Position numbers and translations under genes: made by a program. A DNA stretch of 64,000 bases from Octopus sinensis (Eukaryota), in NCBI RefSeq assembly GCF_006345805.1, contig NC_043001.1, forward strand, positions 9,982,001 to 10,046,000, read 5' to 3'. Of this stretch, positions 11,359 through 24,394 are shown piece after piece. The notes beneath the pieces were generated by a model that saw nothing but the letters and a program-made list of their open reading frames with translations, was not told where the DNA came from and did no database searches. Every line of letters starts with the position of its first letter. Within the stretch, counting starts at the first letter, position 1.

Positions 11359-12149
11359 GCATGTTCAATGGCATTCTGTACTTAGTTGTTAGAGGTGGTT
11401 ACTTATTTATTCACAAATAAAGAATATCAATAGTCCAAAACAATCTGGTATTTTTTCTCAATTTGATCTGTAAGTGTTTTTATGTGTTTGTTGTGTTTTT
11501 GTCTATTTATATACTTATTCTGTTTTTTTTTTTGTTGTGTGTGTATTTCTAAATTAATGATTTCATAAGTACTCTAAGCTCTCTATGTTGCTCGGTCACA
11601 TGGTGAAAGTAGATGTTTAGACATCATCTCAGACTTATCTAATTGGAGGAGATTGTTTATTTAAAAAAAACAGTATATTCCGCTTTTCAATAGGAAATAA
11701 AATCTAGTAGATAACTTTCAAGATACCAGAAGTCTGAATTTTGTATATGTGTGTGTATGTGTGTTTGTGTTTGTGTGTGTTTAGTCTTGTCTAATAGAAT
11801 GACTTGCAAACTTTTGTTTAACATATATGAAAATCAGTGTGACCTTCGACATAAACTGAAATCATTTAGCTTGAATGATTGAAGCAAAATAAAGCCGAAC
11901 TTTCATCTGAGGGTTACTTTCAATGCAATATTGGACTTTTATCTGAGATAATAATGTTGACAAATACTGTTGCATTCTTTTGTTTAATTTTGCGCTGTTG
12001 GACATAGAAAAGTCAATATTTTCTCTATTCGTAACTTATACCATTCGCTGTTGTTCGGTAAAGTGGATGGATTTCTAATATCTTGTCTTTTTCTTGCTAC
12101 AAGGATTAGCCTGTGGGCAAGTTGTGGGTCTTGCTTTGAAGGATTTCGT

Positions 12150-12421
12150 GTAACAAATCAACCCTGTACTTATTCTTTGAGCCTGCTATTTATTCTATTG
12201 ATCTCTTTTGTTGAACTGCTATGGTGACACAAACAAACCAACACCAGTTGTCAGGCAGTGGTTGGGAATAAGCACAGGTACACACACACACACGTGTGTG
12301 TGTGCATGCCTGTGGTGGCATTCACAAGGCTTTGGTCAACCTAGGGTTATAGAAGACAATTTGCTCAAATTGCCATGCAATGGGGCTGAACCCAAAACTA
12401 TGTAGTTAGGAAGCAAGCTTA
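12150..12421 (-). mobile_element. Old, degraded SINE family C copy
   Basis: Diverged match to the adjacent copy at 12441-12829. Confidence 0.75.
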
Positions 12422-12440
12422 AACAGCAATCAGTACAATT

Positions 12441-12829
12441 CTTTTACTCTTTTACTTGTTTCAGTCATTTGACTGCAGCCATGCTGGAGCACCGCCCTTT
12501 AGTCGAACAAATCGATCCCAGGACTTATTCTTTGTAAGCCTGCTTCTTATTCTATCGGGCTCTTTGGCTGAACCGCTAAGAGGGGGGGGGGTAAACACAC
12601 CACTATTGGTTGTCAAGTGACGGTGAGGGGACAAACACACACACACACACAATGAATATATATATATGAAGGGCTTCTTTCAGTTCCTGTCTACCAAATC
12701 CACTCACAAGGCCTTGGTTGGCCCAAGGCTATAGTAGAAGACACTTGCCCAAGGTGTCATGCAGTGGGACTGAACCCGGAACCATGTGGTTGGGAAGCAA
12801 GCTTCTTACCACACAGCCACTCGTGCACC
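12441..12829 (-). mobile_element. SINE family C (tRNA head, CORE-like CCTTGGGCAAGT, internal microsatellite, AGTAAAAG tail)
   Basis: Full-length reverse copy with 7-bp flanking repeat TACAATT (12434, 12830). Confidence 0.9.
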
Positions 12830-12858
12830 TACAATTGCCTGATATCGTCATTAAACTA

Positions 12859-12999
12859 TAAGGTTGTCCCAAAAGTTCGTAGAAAGTCTTGGAAAATAAT
12901 GGTCTTTATTTTGAGGAATAATTTTTGTTGTTTTTGTTAGTACTTGGCGAGTAAAAATTCAATTTTCGCAAGTGTTTACGAACTTTTGGGACAACCTAA
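12859..12999. mobile_element. 141-bp Tc1/mariner-type MITE
   Basis: TIRs AGGTTGTCCCAAAAGTTCGTA / TACGAACTTTTGGGACAACCT, with TA at 12857-12858 and 13000-13001. Confidence 0.85.
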
Positions 13000-13617
13000 T
13001 ATTAAAAGCTTCAATATTTTGTCTTCTTCCCCACTTCTATTATGTTAGGTTTATTATTTTTATTCGTAGTGAATAAACTCAAACGTGAAACTGATATTAA
13101 TGTTGTTTTATCAAATGGGTTTTCTGTATCAGCAAATCCATGGCTCTCACTACTTCTGCAGTTTGAGTGGTTGTTGTCTTATTCATACTGATATAGATAC
13201 AAAAAAGTATATATATCAAGTAAATAAAATATAACTTCTGATAAATTTCAGGTAATCCACATTGTTCGTTTAAAAAATTATTTGAAGATTCATTGTTTTT
13301 CTGAAAACATAAGCAATCTATTCATTTTTACTACAGTTCTTCAGTGATTTTCAATACATTGTCAACTTGTGAAAATAAGAGATTTACTAAAAACCTACAA
13401 AAATTGCAAACTGATGTGCAATCTTATGGGTTGTTTCACAAAAGAAGAATTTAAGTAATTCGTTCTTGATTGACTTTAAACCCTTGTCGGAACGGCTTCA
13501 ATGGATTTGAAGAATCCTCATTAAATTGTTTTCTAGCATTTGTTATTTTCTTTATTTCAACTCAATTAGGTCTCTTTTTGAATTACTTATGGTTCATATT
13601 CTCTACCTGTTTTTGAA

Positions 13618-13855
13618 TCATCATCATTTAACGTCTGTTTTCCATGCTAGCATGGGTTGGATGGTTCGACCTGGGTCTGGGAAGCCAGGAGGCTGCACCA
13701 GGCTCCAGTCTGATCCGGCAGTGTTTCTACAGCTGGATGCCCTTCCTAACGCCAACCACTCCGTTAGTGTAGTGGGTGCTTTTTACATGCCACCTGCACA
13801 GGTGCCAGGGGAGGCTGGCATCAGCCACGTTCGGATGATGCTTTTTACGTGCCAC
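13618..13855 (-). mobile_element. Family B retroposon
   Basis: (CAT)n at the left end; reverse complement of 7080-7340. Confidence 0.9.
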
Positions 13856-14779
13856 AAAAACCCAGAATAAGCATTTGATGAATCCATGTTGCTTTTAAGT
13901 CCTTGGTCACCTCTTATTGAAGAGACCTATGATGAAAAACATTCCAGCTGATCACCCTATGTTTTTATATATTAGGAACTACATCACTCAATATATTCTA
14001 TATCAAAGGGTTATATTGTAAATTTAAGATGATTCGACTGATATTTCCAGCTGGATGACTGATGACATAGAGGCTCTGTTTTTATTATCTTCAGCCATAT
14101 AAATTTTGCTCCCTTAGTTCACCAGGTTTTGTGTCTCACCTATATCTCAATAGCTAATCGCATTATTAAACTTTCACTTGTTGGAAAACAACACATACAT
14201 CATATATTAATGGCTTACAACATTTCTTTGAAGCTTCTAGTCTTAAGTTACTGCATCTTTCATCGTGCAGCTGAAATACTGATGCTTTCTTTATGTGTGG
14301 CCGGTTCTTTGATCTTCTTAGAACTATTTTAAGTGCAGCCGTGTACTTTAATATAATAAAAACAGGAGAGTACTTATTAACATTCTTCTGAACTTTAAAT
14401 AGTACTCTGAGGGCAAGAATGAATGCCTTTGCTATTCATGTAGATTTATGCATTAGCCTCTAATCAGATTTACAAACATCGAAATAAGAATGACACTTAA
14501 CTCTTGAAACCAAAATCTTTTCACTACCTGTTATACTCTTACACACTGGACAGTGTCAAAGATTAAGTTATTTATAGGAATCTTCCCTCCTAGGAATCTC
14601 TAATAGTCAAGAAAGATTTGTTTTAAAATGACATTTTACCAAGTCTAAATCAGTTCCACAAAGGAAGTTTATCTGTATTTGGAATAGCATGCCTGCTTCT
14701 GGCATGAAAATGTCACAAGCAATCTAGTTCCGAAAGCGTTAATGTTTACAGTTTCCTTCTATTTTACGATAGAAATAAT

Positions 14780-15310
14780 GTTTATGGAATCCTCCAGCTT
14801 TTCTTTTCCTCATTGCTCTCATCCATTACTCTCTCACTCTCCCTCGTTTTCTCTCTTTCTCTCTCTCTCCGCAACTTCACCTCCTCCTATCTACTCCTCC
14901 TCATCTTTCCCTCCCCCATCTGACCTCCCTCCCTCGCTTTTCTTCAAATACTCAAGATTCCATCTTCATGCTAATCATTTGCTTCCTTCTTGTCCCCCTT
15001 ACCTCACCCCACCTGTCCACACTTTGTCTTATAATGCAGGACTACTCCACATCCCCTCTATACAAACCATCCTCTTACCTTTCCACTCAGTCTTCTCTAT
15101 TCAATGATCTCTGACCCTAATCCTTTCCTTTTACTCTGTTCCCCAGTCGTACTTCCTCTCCCTTCAATTAGTGTGTACTCTTCTACTCTGACATGCTCTC
15201 CACTATCACCCAATTTCAACTACAAATACATTTGTTACATCTTGTACCCTTTCACTCTCTCCCTCTAGAATCATAACCCTTCTCTCTCTGTTTTCTCCCT
15301 CATTTAAAAG
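14780..15310. repeat. Extended pyrimidine-rich (CT) low-complexity tract
   Basis: About 500 bp of strong C/T strand bias containing (CT)n runs. Confidence 0.8.
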
Positions 15311-15339
15311 GAGTGACTTTAGGCCCTTAACTGTCCAAG

Positions 15340-15530
15340 CCATTTGGTGAGCTTTGCTACTGCTAGTATTAAAAAAATGCACCTGATATGCTTTGTAAAG
15401 TGGTTGGCATTAGGAAAGGCATCTAACCATAAAAACGATGTCAAAATAGTCATTGGAACATGACACGGTCGTTCAATTTGCCAGATTCTTTCAAACTGTC
15501 CAACATGTGCCAGCATTACAGTCAGACTTC
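15340..15530 (+). mobile_element. Degraded family B copy
   Basis: GTGGTTGGCATTAGGAAAGGCATC core and a decayed tail. Confidence 0.65.
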
Positions 15531-15981
15531 GATGATAATTTCACTCCACATGAAAGGATTTGCAAACATTCTCACAGATGTCACTGGTTAGCAAAGTCCA
15601 TTTTGAATGGATTAAAGTTATTCCAATCAGGTTCTTGTTTGTATATTTGCAATATGTTTGTCTTTTTAAATTTTGGATATGCATTTACAATCTGTGTTAT
15701 ATAGCTGCATAATTTATACATACATCTAAAGTACAAGTTCCACTAATATGTCGTCATAAGTATATTAACAAAAATTACAACAAATTTCATGACGCTGATT
15801 TCATTATTTTATAGCACTCAGTTTCAAGTTGTTATTGTTCCTTTCTTTATGATTTATTACGTTAGTTACGTAAGGGGAGGAAAACAGGGATAAATGTTGC
15901 TGGGAGTGGAGAAAATATAAATAATATCAAAAAGAGGGTTAAAACCATCAGTATTCCAGCAGAGTACTGACATGCAAAATA

Positions 15982-16547
15982 TTGGGTTGTCTGGAAAGTT
16001 TGTGCCGATTTATAGTAGCTTACTTTTTGACTCATTTTAGAACATGGTTGAGTCCATAAAATAGGATCTGATTACACCTCCATTTAGAGCACAGTTTAAG
16101 CTATCTTTTCGTGGAAGAAGGTTTATGTTCCTATAACCTGTGTTAATTCTGTAACCCTTTAAAATGGAAGATAAGAAAGTTCATTTTTGGCACTTGATGC
16201 TTTGGGAACCAGACAAAAATTGCTGCAGCTCGGCTGGGATGTGTTACCCCACCCTCCATATTCACCAGATATTGCTCCTTCGGATTTCCACTTATTCATG
16301 TCTCTGCAGAATAGTCTTAATGATAAAAATTTCAATTCCTTTGATGATGTAAAAAGATACCTTGATGAATTCTTTGCCATGAAACCACCTCAATTCTGGG
16401 AAGAGGGTATTTTCAAGTTAAAGGAAATATGGAGATGCATTGTGCAACAAAATGGTTCATATTTGGTTGATTAAAAATGTACTGGCAAGTATTTATTGAT
16501 CTTTTTCTTTCCTTTAAAAATTGGCACGAACTTTCCGGACAACCCAA
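15982..16547 (+). mobile_element. Internally deleted mariner transposon
   Basis: About 30-bp TIRs TTGGGTTGTC(T/C)GGAAAGTT, TA at 15980-15981 and 16548-16549, with transposase N- and C-terminal remnants inside. Confidence 0.92.
16164..16474 (+). pseudogene. Mariner transposase remnant (first 15 codons fused out of frame to the C-terminal segment)
   Basis: MEDKKVHFWHLMLWE at 16164-16208, then in another frame TRQKLLQLGWDVLPHPPYSPDIAPSDFHLF...GSYLVD* (YSPDLAP-type motif). Confidence 0.88.
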
Positions 16548-17556
16548 TATTACCACAAATGCTTGCTTGATTAGTATGTTGCCATGGCCATCATGTGGTG
16601 TCTCTTCTAACTGTTGTCCTATTGGCATTGATGATGAACCTCATTAATTCACTGGCAACCCCAGTTATTTCCATTGCCTCTACTTCAAAGACATATGTAC
16701 AGTGCTGTTTAAGGCACATTGGGCAGTTACCCAGGGCCCTCACAAGTCTAAGGGTCCAAATCTGATCTATGTATGATGTGGTTTGCTGTCAAATTCCATA
16801 GGGTCCAGTGAATTGATTTACTCAGAGCCTTGTTATGCTATGAAAACTGCCCTGCATATGTAATGCTGTATTTGCACAAGTTACCATCCTCAGCTTCCAA
16901 TAGGGGGATCAGATCACAAACTCCTGAGATTCTGCTCGAAGTGAATGTCCTGGCCATTAAGCAACTTAAGGCATTTAGAAAACTGATCATCCTGTTTGAA
17001 CATTTGCTGTTAGACTGGTGATTGCTGATATGCTTGCTGATAATAGGGATAGCTTTTTAGATATTTCCCTATATATTTCTACACAGCATGTACTTTGAAT
17101 TTCAAGGGTTCCTGAGAGGTATAGAGCCTTTTAATTGAATGCTTTATTGTTATGATGTGAGATGAAATGAATTAATTTTGTGCTGTTTTAAAATTTGGAT
17201 AAAAAGGTTAATCTTATTCTCTTTGATTCATAATTTTAAAATATATCAACTGAGATGATTTTTGTCTCTTAGATATGACAATTTTGTGAAAGCAGTGTTT
17301 CTAGAAATAACCAGCTGCATTCCATATCATTTTGATCATTGAAATGTAACATTCTTGCTGAGAGATTATCAATACTTTAATTCAAAATGCTTCAGTTATT
17401 TATTTAGCAAAATAATAATTTGTAAAAATTCACATAATATATGTTTATACTTTAATATTCATATTTACTAATCAGAATAATTTGAGCAAAACAGCTTCAG
17501 AGTAAATTTTATTAATAATTAAGTTTAGTTGAAATAAATTGTCAAAGTGCTTTCAG

Positions 17557-17644
17557 AAATGACATAAGAGTTATCTTGGTGAGAGAGGTGGGAGAGATGT
17601 ATCATGTACCAAAATTACTGTTCAAAAAGATTTTCAACAACAAA
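17557..17644 (+). other. Candidate 88-nt internal exon
   Basis: TTTCAG acceptor with a short pyrimidine tract and AAA|GTAAGT donor. One open frame (NDIRVILVREVGEMYHVPKLLFKKIFNNK). No homolog recognised. Confidence 0.25.
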
Positions 17645-17659
17645 GTAAGTCTTAAATTT

Positions 17660-19210
17660 TCTTGAACTGAGGAATTGTATGTATGCCATTGTGGTAATCA
17701 CATTCCTAAATGGCAAGGGTCTCTTGGCTGTTGTTTTTCTCTGTCAAATGATACAAATCTGGGTTTGCATTGGGTATTGATGATGTCACCAAGATGGGAG
17801 TTGATCTGGACTAGAATGCCTGGTGTCTTCATGATGCTTGTTTGGGGGCCCTCCTGACAACATCTTTGCAACCGTGAAGATGATGATTGAGGAACTTAGC
17901 CATATTGGCCTTAGCGTTAACTGTTCCAAATGCAAGTGGTGGCCCCTCAACCATCCAGATTTACATCAATAGACTGGAAATCTGTTTACAGACTCCTTCT
18001 CCTCTGTCATCATCAGCATGGTGTTCTCTTGGAATCCCAATTACTGACTGAGCTTTTGAGGCCATCTTTCAATCCTAGTTGGATAACCATGAGCAACTTT
18101 AAAAAAAATCTTGTGGTAATTGCGCCCTACCAAGGTCTTTTTTTAGAGTTAGTCCCTCTTATAGATTCTCATAATTTCTCCAATCCTTTGATGACCTAAT
18201 CTTCAGGAAACTCAAATGCTTGGCCACTGTCAGACTCACTCTTGAGTCCTGCTACCAGGTTGCTTTGGTCAAATGATTTGGGAGTTTAAGTCTGAGCAAG
18301 GGCTCATCTCTATCTCTTTCCTTTTTTCTTTCCTCCATCCATGCTTAGTCCCCTTTAGTAGACATCTTCTCCTCTCCAACACAGACTAGTTCCAACAGGG
18401 AGATGGATGAAGCTCTGTTACACTGGAGAGACCTAGGTTTGTCAATTCTTGTTACAGTTGAGGAGAGATGGAATCAGGCACTCAGATGTCACTTTCAGCA
18501 CTCTCCTTGATCAGTCTGAATTGATGCCATGCCTGTGGCCAAAATTGGAGGTCTAATCAATCTAGATGAGATCCTTGTCTCTATCACACTCAGAGTGGGA
18601 GCTGATGTTTGTCGGTGACTGCGGTGTCACTATGGTAAGCCTCTCACTTCCTCAAGTCTTCACGCTCTGTCTTGCCTCCTAATTGCTGGTCATATTGCTT
18701 CTCACACTGAGCTAAACTTAATCATGAAGTGGCCCTCACTCAGGTTAATATTTCACTCAGTTTTAGAGCTAGCAGGATTATCCAGAAGTGATAGGAAGAG
18801 ACCAGGTGGTCTTGTCCTCTGACTATGAGTAAGAGCTAGGTGCTTCATCTGGGATGCCACAGTTTTGTCTCTCTTTTGCTCCCTCCCACATTTATAAGCA
18901 GCAGTAAATGAGATGGTCTCTGCTTCCGTTTCTGAATGGAACAAAACCCTGAAGTACCGGGACCTGTCAGTGGACTATCTTCTAGCCTGTGGTGTTCGAG
19001 ACGTTTGGAGTGGCTGGGTCACTAAGGGTGAAGTTCTTGTCATCTTTGGCAGCTTGCCTTACTGAATTGTCTGGTATACCCATGAGGGTGCTTGGCTTTT
19101 CCAACACTTTTGCCTTGCCATCACTAGTGATAATACTTTGGGTGTGTTGGCTTGCTACAGTAGGTTCTGTTGAATCTTGTAGTCTGCGACCAATTGAGGT
19201 GTTGCATTGA
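17660..19210 (-). mobile_element. GC-richer island, probably a decayed retroelement (ORF1/endonuclease-like region)
   Basis: Abrupt composition change and broken minus-strand frames (e.g. LAFGTVNAKANMAKFL, VIETRISS). No intact diagnostic motif. Confidence 0.3.
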
Positions 19211-19751
19211 CCTTTCTTTTCTGTTTTTGTTTTTCACGTAAAATATATTCCTTTTCACTGAATCATTGCAAATTGTAACAATTATTTTGCGCCTCCCAAC
19301 ACTGTACTAAGCCTCTCAGATGTTTAGAATTAATTATAAAATGAAGGACATTGATTGGTTTTATAACCTGCAATGTGTGTTGCATGTAATTCAAATTATG
19401 GTCTATCTGGCTTTGTTGCCTATAAATTTAGAATACCACCAAATTCAAAGTTGATTATATGATAACATAAACAAGCACAATGGCTGCTGTGTGAAGCAGC
19501 ACCATTATATATTTTGATGTGTAAGTAAGAAAGATAATCTGTGTAGAATAGTGTCAGTGAGAGAGAGAAACAGAGATATAGACTACATTTAATTTCTTAT
19601 GTACTAGAAGCTGACTCCTATTAGGCTCAATTTCTTTAACCATATTAATAGTGTTGGTGGTGGAAGTGAAAGGATAGGCATTATTCAAAATTTAATAAGA
19701 ACTTTGTGAAGCATCTAAAAATTATATTTAAGCTGAAAGGTAATAAATACT

Positions 19752-19973
19752 GGCAGAATCGTTATCAGGCCAGGTGAAATGCTTACCAGTATTTCGTCTG
19801 CTGTTACGTTCCAAGTGCAAATTCCGCCGAGGTCGACTTTGTCTTTCATCCTTTTGCGGTCGATAAATTAAGTACCAGTTACGCACTGGGGCCGATATAA
19901 TTGACTTAATCCATTTGTCTGTCTTTGTTTGTCCTCTCTGTGTTTAGCCCCTTGTGGGTAGTAAAGAAATAGT
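19752..19973 (+). mobile_element. SINE family A
   Basis: Slightly 5'-clipped copy with 11-bp TSD TAATAAATACT (19741-19751, 19974-19984). Confidence 0.92.
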
Positions 19974-20488
19974 TAATAAATACTCCAACCAATATGCAGG
20001 AGTTCTAAATAGCATCTGTGGCTTTACCCTTGTGTAACCACTATTATATGATAACATTGTAACACGCTTTTGCTTTTTGGGTTTTTTTTCATTTCATTAA
20101 TTCAAACCATTTAACAACATATTCTACCTTTCATGCCAACACTTTGTGTGTATGTGTTAACAATACTTATTTCTGTAACTTAAACCTTTTAATCTAAGAT
20201 CGTAATAAGTTGACTATTAAACCATATTCTGTCCATGTCCTTCACCTGTTTGCAACTGGACAACTGCTAAAACTCCTAATTCTAACAGTGATGATAACCA
20301 GATGTGCAGGGTACCAAGGGTCAGTGATTGGTATCTTATTATTGGCATTACACTCTAATGCCAGCAATAATCACAAAGATCTAGTTACCCTTGTCTATAA
20401 ACAGCAGTTTCATTGTGGATTGGTTCACTGCAGTTAGTAACATGTCTCTAAATGTTTTAACATCTTTCATAGTATTTGGCTCAAATTC

Positions 20489-20740
20489 AATTGCAGCATG
20501 GAAGGTGTTTATAAGCCATTTAAAAACACACAAAAGCCATTAGATTCACTTGAACATTTAAATTTAATCTATCAAAATATTTTCGTCACTTTGAAACCAC
20601 GATCTGTTCAATGACAAAATTCCGTGCAGCACAGAAAATATTTTGACAAATCAAATTTAAATATTGAAATGAATCTAACGGTTTTTGTGTGTGTTTCTTT
20701 TTTTTTTATATGGCTTATTAACACTTTCTGTGCTGCAACT
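20489..20740. mobile_element. Fold-back (long palindromic) MITE-like element
   Basis: Inverted arms of about 95-105 bp (TTGCAGCATGGAAGGTGTTTATAAGCCAT...CAAAATATTTTC and its diverged complement) around a spacer of about 50 bp. Confidence 0.75.
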
Positions 20741-22344
20741 GTTTTTGTTTCAGCACACGATCTCAGATCAGGTCACTTGCTATGCAAGTACATCTCCGTA
20801 ATTGGTTCAAATTATCGTACAGAAAAGTTAGTGATAACCCTGACACCTGTCCAATAATGGTTTTGTGCCCATGCACTTAAAACTTTGGAAACTGATGAAA
20901 TGATAACTGTTTTAACATAAAACTTCATATTCATAACAGAAAGAAATGGAAATGAAGTGCTATAAAAATATAGTGTAGAGTTTAGCTTTAAATGTGTTAA
21001 TTCTTTTGCAGTATCACTATATATTTATGTGTGTTAATAATAATCTCAAGGCTAATTTATTCAACACAGATAAATAGAAATCTATTGTAACAATTCATTT
21101 CTCAACTGAGCCTTTCATAAACTATCCTCTTTCCATTTATAAAAGTTATAAATATTGGTTACTGGTCAATTACTTGCAAATTGTTTGAACTGTAGTTCTC
21201 TTATGTCAACAACTCTGCCAGGTTCATTGGTGCAAATACAGCTTTTACTAAAGCCAACAACACATTGTCTTCTCATTTACATTCCAACATCACTCAATAA
21301 TTCTAATAAACCTAACACTTCCATGAAATTCTTTACTCAGAGATCTATCATTGCTTTAAAATATCGCCTTTGATCTTGCCATTGTCTTTCTGTAAACTTT
21401 CCAAACACTTCCATTTATGATGTGCATCCATCGATCATCGGAACATACTGCTGTATCATTCTGACTTATTTCCTTTGCTTTGCATTAAGCTGCTCTAACA
21501 TTATAAAGATTTGCATCAGCCAAATATTTCTCACATCTTGAGTCGTTGTATATCAAAATGCTCTTTAAAGACTGGAATGAGCTATGGTGCCTCCTGAATT
21601 TCATTAACCATTATCTCCATATTTCAAACTTGTACAGTCAACAAGTATCGAAATTGTCAGCAAAGGAATATTTGATGAAAATAAATGTAAATGTAAAAAT
21701 TCTTACATGTATTTTGTCTTCATCCTATATATTTATCATTATTGTTTATCTTTTTTTTTTTTTTACATTTTTATTTTTTTAATCTAGAGTCTTCAACTAA
21801 TTGAGATTCTTTCTATATATATATATATAAAAAAAAGTGCACCAACTGTTGATGCTGATAATGTTTTGGAAGTTCTGCAATTTTTATTAAGAAAGGTTTC
21901 CTCATTTTTAATACATGATCTTTGAAAGAAAAATAAAAGCCATAGCAAATTGGAAACCAAGCATTCCAAAAATTTATCATTAGGCATAAAAAAAAAAATG
22001 GAAATGCCTATGCAACCGGTTGATTTTGTACAAAAGAAGATGAGGCGAAAAGCATAGAATTATATTCCTTCTTTCTTTTTAGCAAGAATTTCCAACTTTC
22101 TTGCAACTATGAGGTGACTTGAACACATATTTTGTGCTTAAAATGAAAAGAGACATATTTTTGATTATAGGTCAATTTCTTCATGGCTGACCCAAGGCAA
22201 AACAACTAAAATATATTCCGAATTTTAAATGATCCGATATAAGAGATCTTAGGCAGTGACTTGGTTTGCTAGAAGTAGTAGCCAATTCTCTTTAAATTTG
22301 TCTATACTGTAGAGGTGGAAGATTATAAAGGCCCACTTGCTTAT

Positions 22345-22850
22345 CTTCGTCATTAGTTAACATCTGTTTGCCATGCTGGCATGTGTGGATGGTGTGACAG
22401 GATCTGGTGTGTCACAAAATTGTGTCAGGCCCTGATGTCAGTTTTGGCATGGCTTCCATGGTTGTTGCCCTTCTTTATGCCTACCTCTTTACAATAAACG
22501 TACTGGGTGGTTGGAATCTGGTACAGCCTTCTATCTTGCCAGCTTTGGTCAAACCGTTCAACCCATTTAATGGATGTTAAATGTTGATGATGATGATGAC
22601 TGACCAAAGCCTTGTGAGTGGATTTGATAGACGGAAACTGAAAGAAGCCCATTGTATATGTATATGTGTGTAACCATCGCTTGACACTGATGTTGGAGTG
22701 CTTATGTCCTGTAACTTAACAGCTTGGGAAAAGAGACCGATGAGTATAAGTATAAGAATAAGTACTAGGCTTACAAAGAATATGTCCTGGGATCGATTTG
22801 CTCATACGGTGCTCCAGTATGGTCACAGTCAAATGACCGAAACAAATACA
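22345..22850. mobile_element. Nest of degraded family B (- then +) and a head-less family C (+)
   Basis: B-like pieces at about 22345-22480 and 22505-22598; C body at about 22600-22850. Confidence 0.7.
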
Positions 22851-23882
22851 AGAAAAAATTCTGTGAATATCTAAAGTAACATTTTATCAGCGTAAATTTT
22901 TCTTCATTTAAAATTGGTGCTCCTTGGAAATAAGGCCAAGAAAGCAAAGGAAACATAAGTCTGTGCCATAGGACCAGGGGCCATGTCGGGCAGATTGGTA
23001 TTAAAAGGGTTAAACCATATCAATTTATATGAGATACAGTTGGGGTATCAGACTTTGTTTACTATTTTGAAGTTGAATAAATCTTCGTTCAATAAATTAA
23101 TGATTTTGAGATATATTTAGTATTCTGCACTATAGATTGATGGATTTCATCTTTATCTTAACCTTTAAGGGAGTGTCCTAACGTCTTAGTATAAGAGTAA
23201 CTGGCATAAAATGTTGTTTTTGAAAGATCGGTTTTAAATTTTTGTCAGAAATCATTATAAAGCACCATCCATTCTCATTAAATTTTGTGCAACATTAATG
23301 TCAAATTAGAAATAGAATAAAGCATGCTGGTGAGTAGGTTTGATTTTATTATTTAATGACTTTTTTTTTTTTTTTCCACTGAAATAAGAAAATGTCTTGA
23401 TTCAATGTTAAGATAGAAAAATTGTTCTATATTGTGCCCAGTGTTGAATTTCATGTGGGAACTAAGCTTACATGTGATGAATGGTGCTGATTTGATCCCT
23501 AGCTCATGACTGGTACTTATTTTATTAGCCCCAAAGGGATGGAAAGAAAGATTGGCCTCCCTGTCATTTGGGCTGAGCATATTAAGAAAGCTAATTAAAT
23601 ACTGTATAAAATTTTGTTTGGTATTCTACTGATTTTGGTATCTACTTCTTTACATTATTAACATAAATTTGCAATGGTAATTAGTCTTGAATCTAATTCT
23701 TACTTTTAAACAAACTTCATCTCTTCTTCCTAACTCCAGGGAAAGTTTTGTAATATTATATATTTTACTCCAGGTTATGTCCAATTATACAAACTTGCTA
23801 CTCGTAGTTACCAAGTTGAACATTTGTGTTCATAGATCTGTTGTTCCATATATTCCATGCCTTCATTTTGAGGATGACATTC

Positions 23883-24215
23883 TCATCATCATCATTATCA
23901 TCGTCATCGTTTAACGTCCATTTTCCATGGGTTGGACGGTTCGACCAGGGTCTGGGAGGTCAGGAGGCTGCACCAGGTTCCAGTCTGATCTGGCAGTGTT
24001 TCTACAGCTGGATGCCCTTCCTAACACCAACCACTCCGTGATTGTAGTGGGTGCTTTTTATGTGCCACAGGAGGCTGGCAAATGGCCACAGTCGGTTGGT
24101 GCTTTTTACGTATCACCGACCTGGACACCAGTCAGGTGGTGCTGGCTTCAGCCACATTCGGATGGTGCTTTTTATATGCCACAGGCATGGGTATCATGAC
24201 TACAATTTCCATTTG
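23883..24215 (-). mobile_element. Family B retroposon
   Basis: (CAT)n tail at the left; extends into the AATGGAAATTG segment also seen in the RTE 3' UTR. Confidence 0.88.
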
Positions 24216-24394
24216 ATTCTTATTTTGATGTGATACGTAATGTTGCTTTTTATCTCTTTCTAGCTGTGTATGCCACTTGCTGTATTTGTTGTGTAGTTGA
24301 AGGTCAGCTGTGTTTGACCAATGCTATAATGTGCAGGTTGTTGACCAATTAACTTGACAAACCTCTGCATCTGCTTTTCCATTTATATCATTAA

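Noticed and set aside
21150-21700. Possible decayed hAT-like transposase on the minus strand
   Set aside because: Only a vague VP..RW resemblance, with many stops; not supportable.
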